Below are positions 25,556 to 35,024 of a stretch of 50,368 nucleotides of DNA, one piece after another (position 1 is the first letter of the stretch; each line of letters opens with the position of its first letter). The stretch comes from an uncultured Gammaproteobacteria bacterium. Its GTDB lineage: Bacteria; Patescibacteriota; Patescibacteriia; UBA1558; GWA2-36-10. The stretch covers positions 1 to 50,368 of the forward strand of contig CAZHLU010000001.1 of the NCBI GenBank assembly GCA_964533435.1. Direction: 5' to 3'. The notes under the pieces were generated by a model. It ran no database searches and was not told where the DNA came from. It worked only from the letters and a program-made list of their open reading frames with translations. The translations under genes were made by a program, and so were the position numbers.

Positions 25556-26046
25556 ATTATTTCGTTTAACAAAATTAATTGAGCTTTTAGATTATCTAAG
25601 TTTATTATAGCAAAAGTTGGGTTATAGCGGATATTGGCAACATTACCAGGATTTAGTATTTTAGTATTTTGAAATTTTTCTTCCCAGGGTTGATGACTAT
25701 GTCCATGTAGGGCTAAGTCGTAATATTGTGGTTTTTGTTCTAGTATCTTTTTTAGTATTTCTGGATAGTGGGAAAAGATTATTTTTTTGCCGTTAAGCTC
25801 AATTTCACCAAATACTTGCCAGATTTTAAGTTTAGAAAATATACTTAGATCCAGGCCATCATCAGCGTTTCCTTTGACTGCAAATACAGGTAGATTTAGT
25901 TTATCAAGTTCAGCCCAGGCTTCCTTAGTTTGTAAATCACCAGTACAAATTAAATAATCAATTTTGTTATTTTGGATATAATTTAAAGCCTTGCTTAAAT
26001 TGGCTAAATTATCGTGAACATCAGATATTACTGCTAAACTTGGCAT
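25552..26046 (-). CDS. metallophosphoesterase (YfcE/MJ0936 family)
   Basis: 164 aa with VISDVHDN, GDL, GNAD and HGHSH motifs. Confidence 0.8.
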   Translation of the reverse strand: MPSLAVISDVHDNLANLSKALNYIQNNKIDYLICTGDLQTKEAWAELDKLNLPVFAVKGNADDGLDLSIFSKLKIWQVFGEIELNGKKIIFSHYPEILKKILEQKPQYYDLALHGHSHQPWEEKFQNTKILNPGNVANIRYNPTFAIINLDNLKAQLILLNEII

Positions 26047-26124
26047 AGTATAGACATTATAACATAAGCTAAGCTCGTGAAGAAAGTCTTGACAGTTAAA
26101 ATATTAGAGAGTTAAAATATAAGT

Positions 26125-26399
26125 AACGATGATTGTGTGAAAGCCCGCGAAGGCCTAAACAACAGTTGTGTTGTAGCCAGCTGGTCAGTAAAAATCTGGG
26201 TTTGTACACCAGAACCAGTGCCGATCACGCACAATGGTGATCTAGCGGACGAGAAGGTCGCACCCCGACCTGTAGCTAAGGCGGAATCAAGAAGGTTCCC
26301 GCAAAGATGGCAACATTGCCGAAGCTCAGGGTGGCTGGGTTGCTTCAATCCAGAACACGGTAACACGATCAATCGTGCCTTGCTTCGGCAAGGCTTTTT
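26125..26399 (+). ncRNA. orphan G+C-rich structured RNA, class not recognised
   Basis: TTGACA (26089-26094), 18 nt, TAAAAT (26113-26118). Multiple hairpins closed by GATTGTGT/ACACGATC (26131-26138/26363-26370). Terminator GCCTTGC-TTCG-GCAAGGC plus T5 (26377-26399). No SD or plausible ORF. Confidence 0.6.
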
Positions 26400-26405
26400 C
26401 TTTAT

Positions 26406-27647
26406 CTATAAATATTTTTTGGCCGGAAAGTCATCTGGCCAATGTTGTTGTTTTTTAATTTCTTCGCTACTGGCATTAGGAGCATATTTATAATTTTTCC
26501 CATAACCAAAGTCTTTCATTAGTTGGCTGGGAGCATTGCGCAGTACTAAGGGTACGCCTAAATGACTAGTGGTTTTAGCATCAAGCGCTGCTTTAGCATA
26601 GCTAGTGTAAATAGCATTTGATTTTGGTGCTTGCGCTAAATAAACTACCAGTTCAGCCAAAGCAAGTTTACCTTCAGGCATACCGATAAAATGCACAGCA
26701 TCTTTAGCAGCAGTAGCAAGTATTAGGGCTTGTGGATCAGCTAGGCCAACATCTTCAGAAGCAAAGCGAATTAGGCGTCTAACAATGTATAAAGGATCTT
26801 CGCCGGCCTCTAGCATGCGGGCTAGCCAATAGAGAGCAGCATTAGGATCAGAGTCACGTAAACATTTGTGCAAAGCCGAAATAATATTATAATGTTCTTC
26901 TCCATTTTTATCATAATAAAGTACAGAACTTTGAATAGCCTCGCGAATATCAGCTTCGGAGAGCTCGCAATTTTCTTTGACTGAGGCAGCAATTTCTAAA
27001 GCAGTGAGTAATTTACGAGCATCGCCACCAGCAAAAGAAAGTAGTATTTTTTCAGCAGCTTCATTTAGAGTTATTTTTTGTTTACCCAAGCCCTGATCTT
27101 CGTCTGTTAAAACTTGTTTTAATATTTTTTTTAAATCAGTAGTGGTTAAAGATTTTAGGGCTAATACACGGCAGCGAGAAAGTAAGGCCGAATTAATACT
27201 AAAAGAAGGATTTTCAGTAGTAGCACCAATTAAGGTTAAAGTACCATTTTCAACATAAGGTAAAAGTACATCTTGTTGAGCTTTATTAAAGCGGTGAATC
27301 TCATCTAAAAATAATAAAGTTTTAGTTTTTAAAAAATCAGCATCTTGGCGAGCGACGTCGGCAATTTTTTTGATTTCAGGCGTGCCAATCAAGACGGCGC
27401 TAGTAGCGATAAATTTATAATTTAATTCTTGACTTAAAATTTTAGCTAAAGTTGTCTTGCCTACACCTGGTGGTCCCCAAAAAATTAAGGAGCTTAAACT
27501 TTGGTTTTTAACCATTTGGCTTAAGATTTTATCTGGTCCTAAAATATGCTCTTGCCCATAGAATTGGGAGAGTTTTTTAGGGCGCGCCCGGTCAGCTAAA
27601 GGTTTATTATCGCTCATAAATTTGACTTTATTTAGGCATCTTAACAT
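26406..27647 (-). CDS. rarA: replication-associated recombination protein A (AAA+ ATPase)
   Basis: GPPGVGKTTLA Walker A, LFLDEIHRFNK, and an MgsA C-terminal domain. Confidence 0.9.
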   Translation of the reverse strand: MLRCLNKVKFMSDNKPLADRARPKKLSQFYGQEHILGPDKILSQMVKNQSLSSLIFWGPPGVGKTTLAKILSQELNYKFIATSAVLIGTPEIKKIADVARQDADFLKTKTLLFLDEIHRFNKAQQDVLLPYVENGTLTLIGATTENPSFSINSALLSRCRVLALKSLTTTDLKKILKQVLTDEDQGLGKQKITLNEAAEKILLSFAGGDARKLLTALEIAASVKENCELSEADIREAIQSSVLYYDKNGEEHYNIISALHKCLRDSDPNAALYWLARMLEAGEDPLYIVRRLIRFASEDVGLADPQALILATAAKDAVHFIGMPEGKLALAELVVYLAQAPKSNAIYTSYAKAALDAKTTSHLGVPLVLRNAPSQLMKDFGYGKNYKYAPNASSEEIKKQQHWPDDFPAKKYL

Positions 27648-27703
27648 TCTTAAGTAAAAAAATAAACCCGGCCGCGTAAAACGCGGCCGGGTAAGAAATA
27701 AAA

Positions 27704-28984
27704 TTATTTAATAATAGTATCACTTATCAACTTCATTACTTTTTGATTTACTAAAGCATTACGTAAGTATTCTTGGTATTGAGGTAGACGCATATTTTCT
27801 AATGCTTCTGGATGATCTTTATACATTAGTTCTTCTTTAGCTATTTCCGCTTTTAGCTCTTCTGGGCTTACTTCTGTTTTTTCTTCTTGAGCTATTTGTC
27901 TTAAGGCTAAAGCAGCCTTAACTCTTTCTAAAGCTGGTGTTTCAAAATCTTTGTGTAAGTCGTCATGAGTTTTGTTGATTGATTTTAAATAACCAGCCAT
28001 ATCTAGACCTTGTTGCTCTAAATCACCTTCAAGCTCATGAATCATCTTATGGATTTCATTATCAACTAGAACTTCAGGTATGTCTTCAATTTGAGATTGA
28101 GCGATAATAGCTTTTATGGCTTCGTTTTCATTTTTTTGTTGAGCTCTTTTGGCCTTGTCTTGTTCAATATTATTTTTTATTTGCTCTTTTAGTTTATTTA
28201 GGTCATCAAAAGCAAATTTTTTAGCCAAATCATCATTAAGTTCTGGTAAATTTCTTTCGTAGACTTGGACAACCTTTACTTTAAAAGTGGCTAATTTACC
28301 AGCTAGTTTTTTTTGAAAGTATTTATCAGGAAATTTTAATTCAAATTCTTTAGTATCTCCATTTTTTAAGCCAAGAATTTGTTCTTCAAAACCAGGAATC
28401 ATTCGTTCTTCGCCAAGTATAATTGGGTATTTATAATTTTTACCACCTTCAATAACTACTTTGTCAATTAAAACTTCAAAATCAAGCTCAACCTTGTCAT
28501 TGTTTTGAGCAGGTCGATCAACTGGTTTTTCTTGAGCATTAAGTTCTTGCAATTGTTTTAAGGTTTTATCAATATCGGCTGCTTCAACCTTAATCTCTTC
28601 TTTGGCAATTTTTAATTCTTTCCAAGCACCCAAAGTTATTTTAGGTAGCAAAGCAACCTTTGCTTTATATGTAAGGGGATTACCAGGGGCCATTTTTTCT
28701 ATATTAATATCAGGTCGACCAACGGTTATTAATTTTTCTTGATTTACAGCTTCAAAAAAACTTTGACCGATAATATCGTCTAAGGCATGTTGCAATATAG
28801 CCATTTCACCAAAGCGATTTTTTACGGTCTCATAAGGTGCTTTGCCGGGTCTAAAACCAGGAATTTGACTGGTTTGTGATAATTTATTGGCAGCCGTCTT
28901 TAAATGAGGTTCAACTTCATCGGCCGTTAGTTCAATTAACAGTTCAATTTGATTTTTGCCTAGGTCATTTTTAGTAATTTGCAT
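27704..28984 (-). CDS. tig: trigger factor
   Basis: 426 aa. N-terminal ribosome-binding GFRPGKAP motif, central FKBP-type PPIase region, and a terminator hairpin at 27668-27692. Confidence 0.9.
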   Translation of the reverse strand: MQITKNDLGKNQIELLIELTADEVEPHLKTAANKLSQTSQIPGFRPGKAPYETVKNRFGEMAILQHALDDIIGQSFFEAVNQEKLITVGRPDINIEKMAPGNPLTYKAKVALLPKITLGAWKELKIAKEEIKVEAADIDKTLKQLQELNAQEKPVDRPAQNNDKVELDFEVLIDKVVIEGGKNYKYPIILGEERMIPGFEEQILGLKNGDTKEFELKFPDKYFQKKLAGKLATFKVKVVQVYERNLPELNDDLAKKFAFDDLNKLKEQIKNNIEQDKAKRAQQKNENEAIKAIIAQSQIEDIPEVLVDNEIHKMIHELEGDLEQQGLDMAGYLKSINKTHDDLHKDFETPALERVKAALALRQIAQEEKTEVSPEELKAEIAKEELMYKDHPEALENMRLPQYQEYLRNALVNQKVMKLISDTIIK

Positions 28985-29145
28985 AGTATAGATTTGTAAA
29001 ATTTAGCAGACGCAGTATACCCTGAAATAGCTCCAAAGTCAATTGTAAAATGCTTATTTATAAAATTTTTATTTTTAGTGAAAAAATGTTATAATATAGT
29101 CATATTAAATTAATAAAGCGGTTTAAATTTTTAGAGTTATAGTTT

Positions 29146-30879
29146 ATGGCTTCAAGTTTGCCAATAAGTCAAGAAGAACTTAAATCTATCTTAATCACTG
29201 CTGGTGTAATCAAGGAAAATGATTGGGTAGAAGCAGAAAGAAACGCTGCTAGACGACGTCGAGGAATCGAAGAAGTCTTGATCGAGCGTGGTTTTTTTAA
29301 TGAACGCTATCTTTATGAATTAATTGGTGACGCTATTAAGATCCCTTATGTTAATTTACGTAAGCGTCGTATTGATCCAGAAGCAATTGTTTGTCTAGAT
29401 GCTAAAATTGCAGAAGAAATTCAGGCCATACCTTTTAGTTTAGACAATGATATTTTAAAGATTGCTTTTGTTGATCCTCGCAATCAAGAGCATATAGAAG
29501 CAGTGCAAGCTAATGTCAAATACAAGTTTAAGCCTTTTATGACTAGTGCTCGTAATTTTGCTTTTGCTTTTAGGTTGTATCAAAGAAATATCAAAGAAGA
29601 ACTTTATAATATTATTAATAGCGTTTCTGGTGATAATAGTAATGTTGAACATAATCAATTAGATACGCCAATTATTAAAATAGTCGATTCTATTTTAGAA
29701 TACGCTATGTTTGAGCAGGCTTCTGATATTCATATTGAGGCTTTGCCTGATGCCGTGGTGGTGCGTTTTAGGGTTGATGGTGATTTACATGATGAAGTGG
29801 AGTTGCCGGTGACCATGCACGACGCTATTATTGCTCGCATTAAAATTTTATCTAATTTAAGAATTGACGAACACCGTATTCCGCAAGATGGACGTTTTTC
29901 CTTTAGAATTGCCAATGAAGAAGAGTCAGTGCGTGTTTCTATTATCCCAGCTTTTTATGGGGAAAAGATAGTTATGCGTTTACTTACAGATGAAGCGCAA
30001 AACTTGAGTTTAGAAGATATTGGTTTTTCCGAAAAACACGTTAAAATCATGAATAAACAGGTGGAAAAACCATACGGTATGATTTTGGTGGTAGGTCCTA
30101 CTGGTTCTGGTAAGACTACGACTTTGTATACAGTTTTAAATATTTTAAACACCGAAGATGTAAATATTTGTACTATTGAAGATCCAATAGAATATGGTGT
30201 TCATCGTGTGAATCAGACTCAGGTAAACAATCAAGCCGGCTATACTTTTGCCAATGGTTTACGTTCTTTATTAAGGCAAGATCCTGATATTATCATGATC
30301 GGAGAAATTCGTGATAATGAAACAGCTCAAATTGCCGTGCGTGCTGGTCTTACTGGTCATTTAGTTTTATCTACTTTGCATACTAACAATGCTTCGGGTG
30401 CTCCACCGCGTTTGCTGGATATGGGCGTAGAACCATTTTTAGTTTCTTCTACTTTAAACGTTGTTATTGCTCAACGTTTGGTTAGACGTATCTGTCAGGA
30501 TTGTATTTATAGCTTTAAATTAAATAAGGATGAAATAAAGAGTTTAAGTTCAGAAATGGACTTAGACTTTATGCTTAAACGTTTTCATGAATTAGGCGTT
30601 ATTAAAGAGGATTATAAAAATTTTTCCGATTTAACCTTTTATAAAGGTAAGGGCTGCAGTCGTTGTCACGGCACTGGTTATTCTAAGCGTATTTCAGTAA
30701 TGGAAATTTTAGAAAACACAGAAGCCATTCAAAAGTGCATTGCCAGAAATGCTACTTCTAGTGAGATTTTAAAAACAGCTATTGAGCAGGGCATGGTGAC
30801 CATCTTTGAAGATGGTATGCAAAAAGCCTTACTAGGCATTACCACTATTGAAGAGGTTTTAAGAGTAAAACGTGAATAA
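29146..30879 (+). CDS. pilB: type IV pilus assembly ATPase (GspE/PilB family)
   Basis: 577 aa. GPTGSGKTTT Walker A, Asp/His boxes, tetracysteine CQDC...CSRC, and a GSPII_E N-terminal domain. Confidence 0.9.
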   Translation: MASSLPISQEELKSILITAGVIKENDWVEAERNAARRRRGIEEVLIERGFFNERYLYELIGDAIKIPYVNLRKRRIDPEAIVCLDAKIAEEIQAIPFSLDNDILKIAFVDPRNQEHIEAVQANVKYKFKPFMTSARNFAFAFRLYQRNIKEELYNIINSVSGDNSNVEHNQLDTPIIKIVDSILEYAMFEQASDIHIEALPDAVVVRFRVDGDLHDEVELPVTMHDAIIARIKILSNLRIDEHRIPQDGRFSFRIANEEESVRVSIIPAFYGEKIVMRLLTDEAQNLSLEDIGFSEKHVKIMNKQVEKPYGMILVVGPTGSGKTTTLYTVLNILNTEDVNICTIEDPIEYGVHRVNQTQVNNQAGYTFANGLRSLLRQDPDIIMIGEIRDNETAQIAVRAGLTGHLVLSTLHTNNASGAPPRLLDMGVEPFLVSSTLNVVIAQRLVRRICQDCIYSFKLNKDEIKSLSSEMDLDFMLKRFHELGVIKEDYKNFSDLTFYKGKGCSRCHGTGYSKRISVMEILENTEAIQKCIARNATSSEILKTAIEQGMVTIFEDGMQKALLGITTIEEVLRVKRE

Positions 30880-30893
30880 AAATTAAAACAAAT

Positions 30894-32096
30894 ATGGAAT
30901 ATTTAAACATCAAACACCAAAAGATTGATGATACTAATAAAGCAAAAAATGCTAGCAAACTAGGTTTAGTTGTTAAGGATGCTGACAAAACTAAAGCAAA
31001 GCTGGCAGCTAAGAAAAATAAGAAAATCAGTAATAAAAAGCACTCTTTTTTTGGTCGTGTTACTTCTTCTGATCAAATGTTATTTTTAGGGAATTTAGCC
31101 ACTATGTTGAAAGCTGGCTTGGCTTTGGCGCCAGCCTTGGTAACTCTAACCAAAGAAACTAAAAATAAATATTTTCGTGCTGTTCTCCAAAATTTATATC
31201 AATTAATAGAAAATGGTCAAACCTTATCAGATGGCATGAAACAATATCCTAATGTTTTTCCAGAGATGATTATTTCAACCGTTGAGGTAGGGGAAAATAG
31301 TGGTTCTTTGTCTGAGGCTTTAGCACATCTAGCTGATATTTTAGAATCGCAAAAAAAATTAAAAAGTAAAGTTGTCGGCGCTTTAGTTTATCCAATTGTG
31401 GTAATAGTAGCCGTGATAGGCGTTAGTTTATTTTTAGCTTTTTTTGTATTTCCGCAATTGGTTGCAGTTTTTGAAGAGGCGGAAGTAAAACTACCTGCAA
31501 TTTTAGTGGCAGTTAATTTTATTATCAATGCAATTCAAAACTACGGCTATTATGTGGCACTCGGGTTTTTATTTTTTATATTAATACTTTTTTTATTGTG
31601 GCGCATACCAAAAGTAAAACTAGCTTGGAGTATTTTTTCTTTAAAAATTCCTTTTGTTGGTAATTTAATCAAAGAGTATTGCATGTCTCGTTTTGCTAGT
31701 AATTTAAGGGCTTTATTTGCTTCTGGTTTGCCCATTGTTCGTTCTTTAGAAATAGTAGCTAAAACTGTGCCTAATTTAAAATACCGCCAGGAGATTTTTG
31801 AGATGGCTAAAGAATTAGAAAAGGGTCACTCTTTATCAGAGGCAATGGCTGATAGACCTAAACTATTTAGTTCTATTTCTGTGCAACTATGTCACGTTGG
31901 TGAACAGACCGGTGAGCTTGATGGAATTTTAGAAAAAATTGGTGCTTATTATGAAGATAGAGTTAATAATGTTTTGACTAATTTGTCAGCTATTATTGAG
32001 CCAATTTTATTAGTTACAGTCGGAATTGCGGTCGGCTTTATTGCTTTATCAGTTATTTCACCAATGTATGAACTTACTCAAAGTTTTGCTGAATAA
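30894..32096 (+). CDS. pilC: type IV pilus platform protein (GspF/PilC family)
   Basis: 400 aa with two GspF repeats and three TM segments. Confidence 0.9.
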   Translation: MEYLNIKHQKIDDTNKAKNASKLGLVVKDADKTKAKLAAKKNKKISNKKHSFFGRVTSSDQMLFLGNLATMLKAGLALAPALVTLTKETKNKYFRAVLQNLYQLIENGQTLSDGMKQYPNVFPEMIISTVEVGENSGSLSEALAHLADILESQKKLKSKVVGALVYPIVVIVAVIGVSLFLAFFVFPQLVAVFEEAEVKLPAILVAVNFIINAIQNYGYYVALGFLFFILILFLLWRIPKVKLAWSIFSLKIPFVGNLIKEYCMSRFASNLRALFASGLPIVRSLEIVAKTVPNLKYRQEIFEMAKELEKGHSLSEAMADRPKLFSSISVQLCHVGEQTGELDGILEKIGAYYEDRVNNVLTNLSAIIEPILLVTVGIAVGFIALSVISPMYELTQSFAE

Positions 32097-32571
32097 TTTA
32101 AAGTTTAAAAATAGCGGCGTTACCATGATAGAGTTAATAATGGTAATAGCTGTTGTTTCTATTTTATCGGTAGCTAGTATTGGCTCTTATCATACTTGGC
32201 AAAAACACGTAATGCTTGTTAATGCTACTGATGAATTAAAAAGTGCTTTTAATTTAGCCCAAGGTCAAGCAATTTCGGCTGCGCAAAGTAATAATTGGGG
32301 CGTTCATTTAGAAGCTGATTATTATGTTATTTTTCCGGGTAGTTTTTATGATGAGAATAATGTAAACAACCAGCGTCGTAATTTTAGTGGTATCAATATA
32401 ATTAATTTAGATTCAGCTATATCAGATGGGGTTGGCGCTTATACTAAAGACGTAATTTTTGCTAAATATACAGGCAATACAGTTAATGTTGGAACTTTAT
32501 TTTTAGCTGCTACTTCTAATTATAGTCATACCAAATCAATTACTATTGATTTGAATGGTCAAGTACAATAA
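32086..32571 (+). CDS. prepilin-type N-terminal cleavage/methylation domain protein (pseudopilin)
   Basis: KNSG/VTMIELIMVIAVVSIL class III signal. Start uncertain: TTG at 32086 gives a short basic leader, while the ORF is open from 32026 inside pilC. Confidence 0.7.
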   Translation: MLNNLKFKNSGVTMIELIMVIAVVSILSVASIGSYHTWQKHVMLVNATDELKSAFNLAQGQAISAAQSNNWGVHLEADYYVIFPGSFYDENNVNNQRRNFSGINIINLDSAISDGVGAYTKDVIFAKYTGNTVNVGTLFLAATSNYSHTKSITIDLNGQVQ

Positions 32572-34475
32572 TGTCTATTTATAATAAACAAGCGGGATTT
32601 TCATTAATTGAGCTGATGATAGCCATTGCTTTTATCGCTGTCACAATTGTCTCAATTTTTAGGGTTAGTGCTTTTAATAGTTATATTAGGAAGACAAATA
32701 CTGCTAGAACTCAAGCTATATATCATGCTGTGCAAGGCTTAGAGGCTAGTCGCTTGATTATTTGGAGTGATTTAACAACTGGTGACCATGGTTTGGTTCA
32801 GGAAAATAATACCTGGCATTTAACCAGTCAGCCTGATCTGCTTGATGGTAAATATTTACGTACTATTAGAATTGAAGATGTTTATCGTGCTAATATTAGC
32901 AATGGTAATGTCTACGGTAATATTAGTTCAAGTTCTAATTTAGATCCGGATAGCAAAAAGGTGATAGTAACAGTCAGTTGGACTGGATATGGTGGTAAGC
33001 ATAAAGAAGAAGTATTGGAAACATATTTACATCGTTTTCGAGCCAACCGTTGGTCACAGATAGATTGGTCTGGCGGCGCCGGGCAAACAAATTGGGCCGA
33101 TAAAACAAAATTTGACACTAAAAATGCTGGTATTGATGTGACCATACCAGGCGTTTCTACGCTTATTGCTGGATTTTTGGATTGGAATGAAGCAACTACT
33201 ACTGCTACTTATAGCACCTCGGGCACTTCTGATGATAATGATGTCTTTGAGCTTAATGGTCGGGCTTATGTAGTAACAGATAATAACTCAAGTGGTCCGG
33301 AATTTTACATACTAAATGTTAATAATATTCGTAGTCCGCAGTTACTAGGTTCATTTAATGTTGGTGATGGCGTGACCGCCGTAGTGGTTCAGGGTAATTA
33401 TGCTTATATTTCTACTCGCGCCAATAGCGGTGAGTTTCAAGTTTTGAATATTTCTAATCCTAGCAATATCCAAAGGGTGGCTACTATAAATCTGACAGTT
33501 AGTGGTACTAATGATGCAAAAGATATTGTGGTAAATAATAATCAGGCCTATATTGTTCAAGGTAATACTTTATATTCTTATAATATCACTAACCCCAATA
33601 GCCCTCAGCCGTTAGATAATGTAAGTATAAGTTATACCGGTAATGAAATTTTTGTATCAGAAAATTATGTTTATGTAGCCACAGAAGACTCTAGTAAAGA
33701 ATTACAAATAATTGATATTACTAATCCAGCTAACATTTTTTTAGCCGGGCAATATAATCTGTCTGGCTCTTTGCAGGCCACCGATGTTAATGTTCGTGGC
33801 AGCCGTGCCTATGTGTCTACACGTGTTAACTCTAATGCCGAATTTTATATATTTGATTTAGAAGACCCGATTGATCCGCAGTTAATAGGCAGTTATGAGA
33901 CTGGTTATGATATCAATGCTTTTTCGGTAGTCGGCCCTTATGCTTTATTAGGCGTAGCCTTAAGTTCAGAAGAATTAAGAGTGATTGATATTTCTTTTCC
34001 AGCTACTATTAATAAAGTATCAGGTTTTGATTTGTATGGTTCTATTTTAGGCATGTCAGCTAATTGTGCGGTTATTTATGCGGCCACTACTGGCGATGCT
34101 GGTGAATTTACTATTATTTCTACAGAAGCAACAAATTGCCAGTATGCCTCTTCTGGTACTTTGACTTCCTCAGTTTTTGATACTGGTAGTGATCAGGTAG
34201 TTTATAATTGGATAAAATGGAGTGGTATTGCCCCACAAAATACTTCGATTAGATTCCAGCTAGCCAGTAGCAATAATATTGCTGGTCCTTGGAATTTTGT
34301 CGGCCCAGATGGAACGGCTAGTACTTTTTATACCAATGGATCAATAGATTATATTAATTATAATTTTCATGCTAATCAGCGCTATCTGCGCTATAGTCTC
34401 TATTTAGATACTAGTTCGGAATTACAAGTCCCAGTTTTAGAAGATGTAACTATTAGTTATTCCACCTATCCATGA
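32571..34475 (+). CDS. large pilin-like protein with LVIVD-type beta-propeller repeats
   Basis: 634 aa. N-terminus QAGFSLIELMIAIAF. Repeated units such as YAYISTR...FQVLNISNPSNIQ and YVYVATEDSSKELQIIDITNPANI resemble LVIVD repeats (from memory). Confidence 0.75.
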   Translation: MSIYNKQAGFSLIELMIAIAFIAVTIVSIFRVSAFNSYIRKTNTARTQAIYHAVQGLEASRLIIWSDLTTGDHGLVQENNTWHLTSQPDLLDGKYLRTIRIEDVYRANISNGNVYGNISSSSNLDPDSKKVIVTVSWTGYGGKHKEEVLETYLHRFRANRWSQIDWSGGAGQTNWADKTKFDTKNAGIDVTIPGVSTLIAGFLDWNEATTTATYSTSGTSDDNDVFELNGRAYVVTDNNSSGPEFYILNVNNIRSPQLLGSFNVGDGVTAVVVQGNYAYISTRANSGEFQVLNISNPSNIQRVATINLTVSGTNDAKDIVVNNNQAYIVQGNTLYSYNITNPNSPQPLDNVSISYTGNEIFVSENYVYVATEDSSKELQIIDITNPANIFLAGQYNLSGSLQATDVNVRGSRAYVSTRVNSNAEFYIFDLEDPIDPQLIGSYETGYDINAFSVVGPYALLGVALSSEELRVIDISFPATINKVSGFDLYGSILGMSANCAVIYAATTGDAGEFTIISTEATNCQYASSGTLTSSVFDTGSDQVVYNWIKWSGIAPQNTSIRFQLASSNNIAGPWNFVGPDGTASTFYTNGSIDYINYNFHANQRYLRYSLYLDTSSELQVPVLEDVTISYSTYP

Positions 34476-35023
34476 TAATAAATAAATTAAAAAATAAACA
34501 TTTTAATCAAAAAGGTTTTACAATGATTGAAACCTTAGCTTATTTATTTATTACAAGCTTGTTATTGATATTAATTATCAGCTTGATTACTAATATTTTT
34601 AATGCTCGTCGTCAATTTAGGGTAGCGGAACTTGCTGATCGTAATGCCCGTTATATCATGAGTTTTGTTTTAAATAAAGTTCATAATGTTGATTTGATTG
34701 ATCAGACGGGTACAAGTTCTAGTGATATTTATTTTTATGATTTGCCAGACAAGCGTTTTAATTTTTCATTAGAATCAGGTAATTTAGTCTTTCGTTTAGT
34801 AGAGGATAGCGGCACAGGCTTTCCTGAACAAAGCACAGCTATAACACAAAATTTGAATTTTAATGGAGTTGAAGTTAGTAATTTTTCTCTAAGTAATCTA
34901 GAAGACAATTTTGGTCGCGAAAACCAAGGTGTTCATTTTACTTTTACTTTACGAGTTGGTACTAGTAGTGATCGTTATGGTTTTATAGAGGAAGATTTTA
35001 GTACTTTTTTTAGTATACGTTAA
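34472..35023 (+). CDS. prepilin-type N-terminal domain protein (minor pilin)
   Basis: KGFTMIETLAYLFITSLLL motif. ATGA overlap with the upstream gene. Confidence 0.75.
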   Translation: MIINKLKNKHFNQKGFTMIETLAYLFITSLLLILIISLITNIFNARRQFRVAELADRNARYIMSFVLNKVHNVDLIDQTGTSSSDIYFYDLPDKRFNFSLESGNLVFRLVEDSGTGFPEQSTAITQNLNFNGVEVSNFSLSNLEDNFGRENQGVHFTFTLRVGTSSDRYGFIEEDFSTFFSIR

Positions 35024-35024
35024 T

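Noticed and set aside
26125-26399. Assigning the structured RNA to RNase P RNA, SRP RNA, tmRNA, 6S RNA or a cobalamin riboswitch.
   Set aside because: Hallmark motifs were not found by eye: the P4 consensus, SRP domain IV with a GNRA loop, a tRNA-like 3' end and the B12 box. There is also no downstream plus-strand gene for a riboswitch. Left unclassified rather than guessed.
26112-26493. ORFs 26137-26493 (+) and 26112-26372 (-) across the G+C-rich segment.
   Set aside because: There is no SD. The plus-strand frame reads straight through the terminator hairpin into the antisense of rarA. The composition and dense hairpins fit an RNA gene better.
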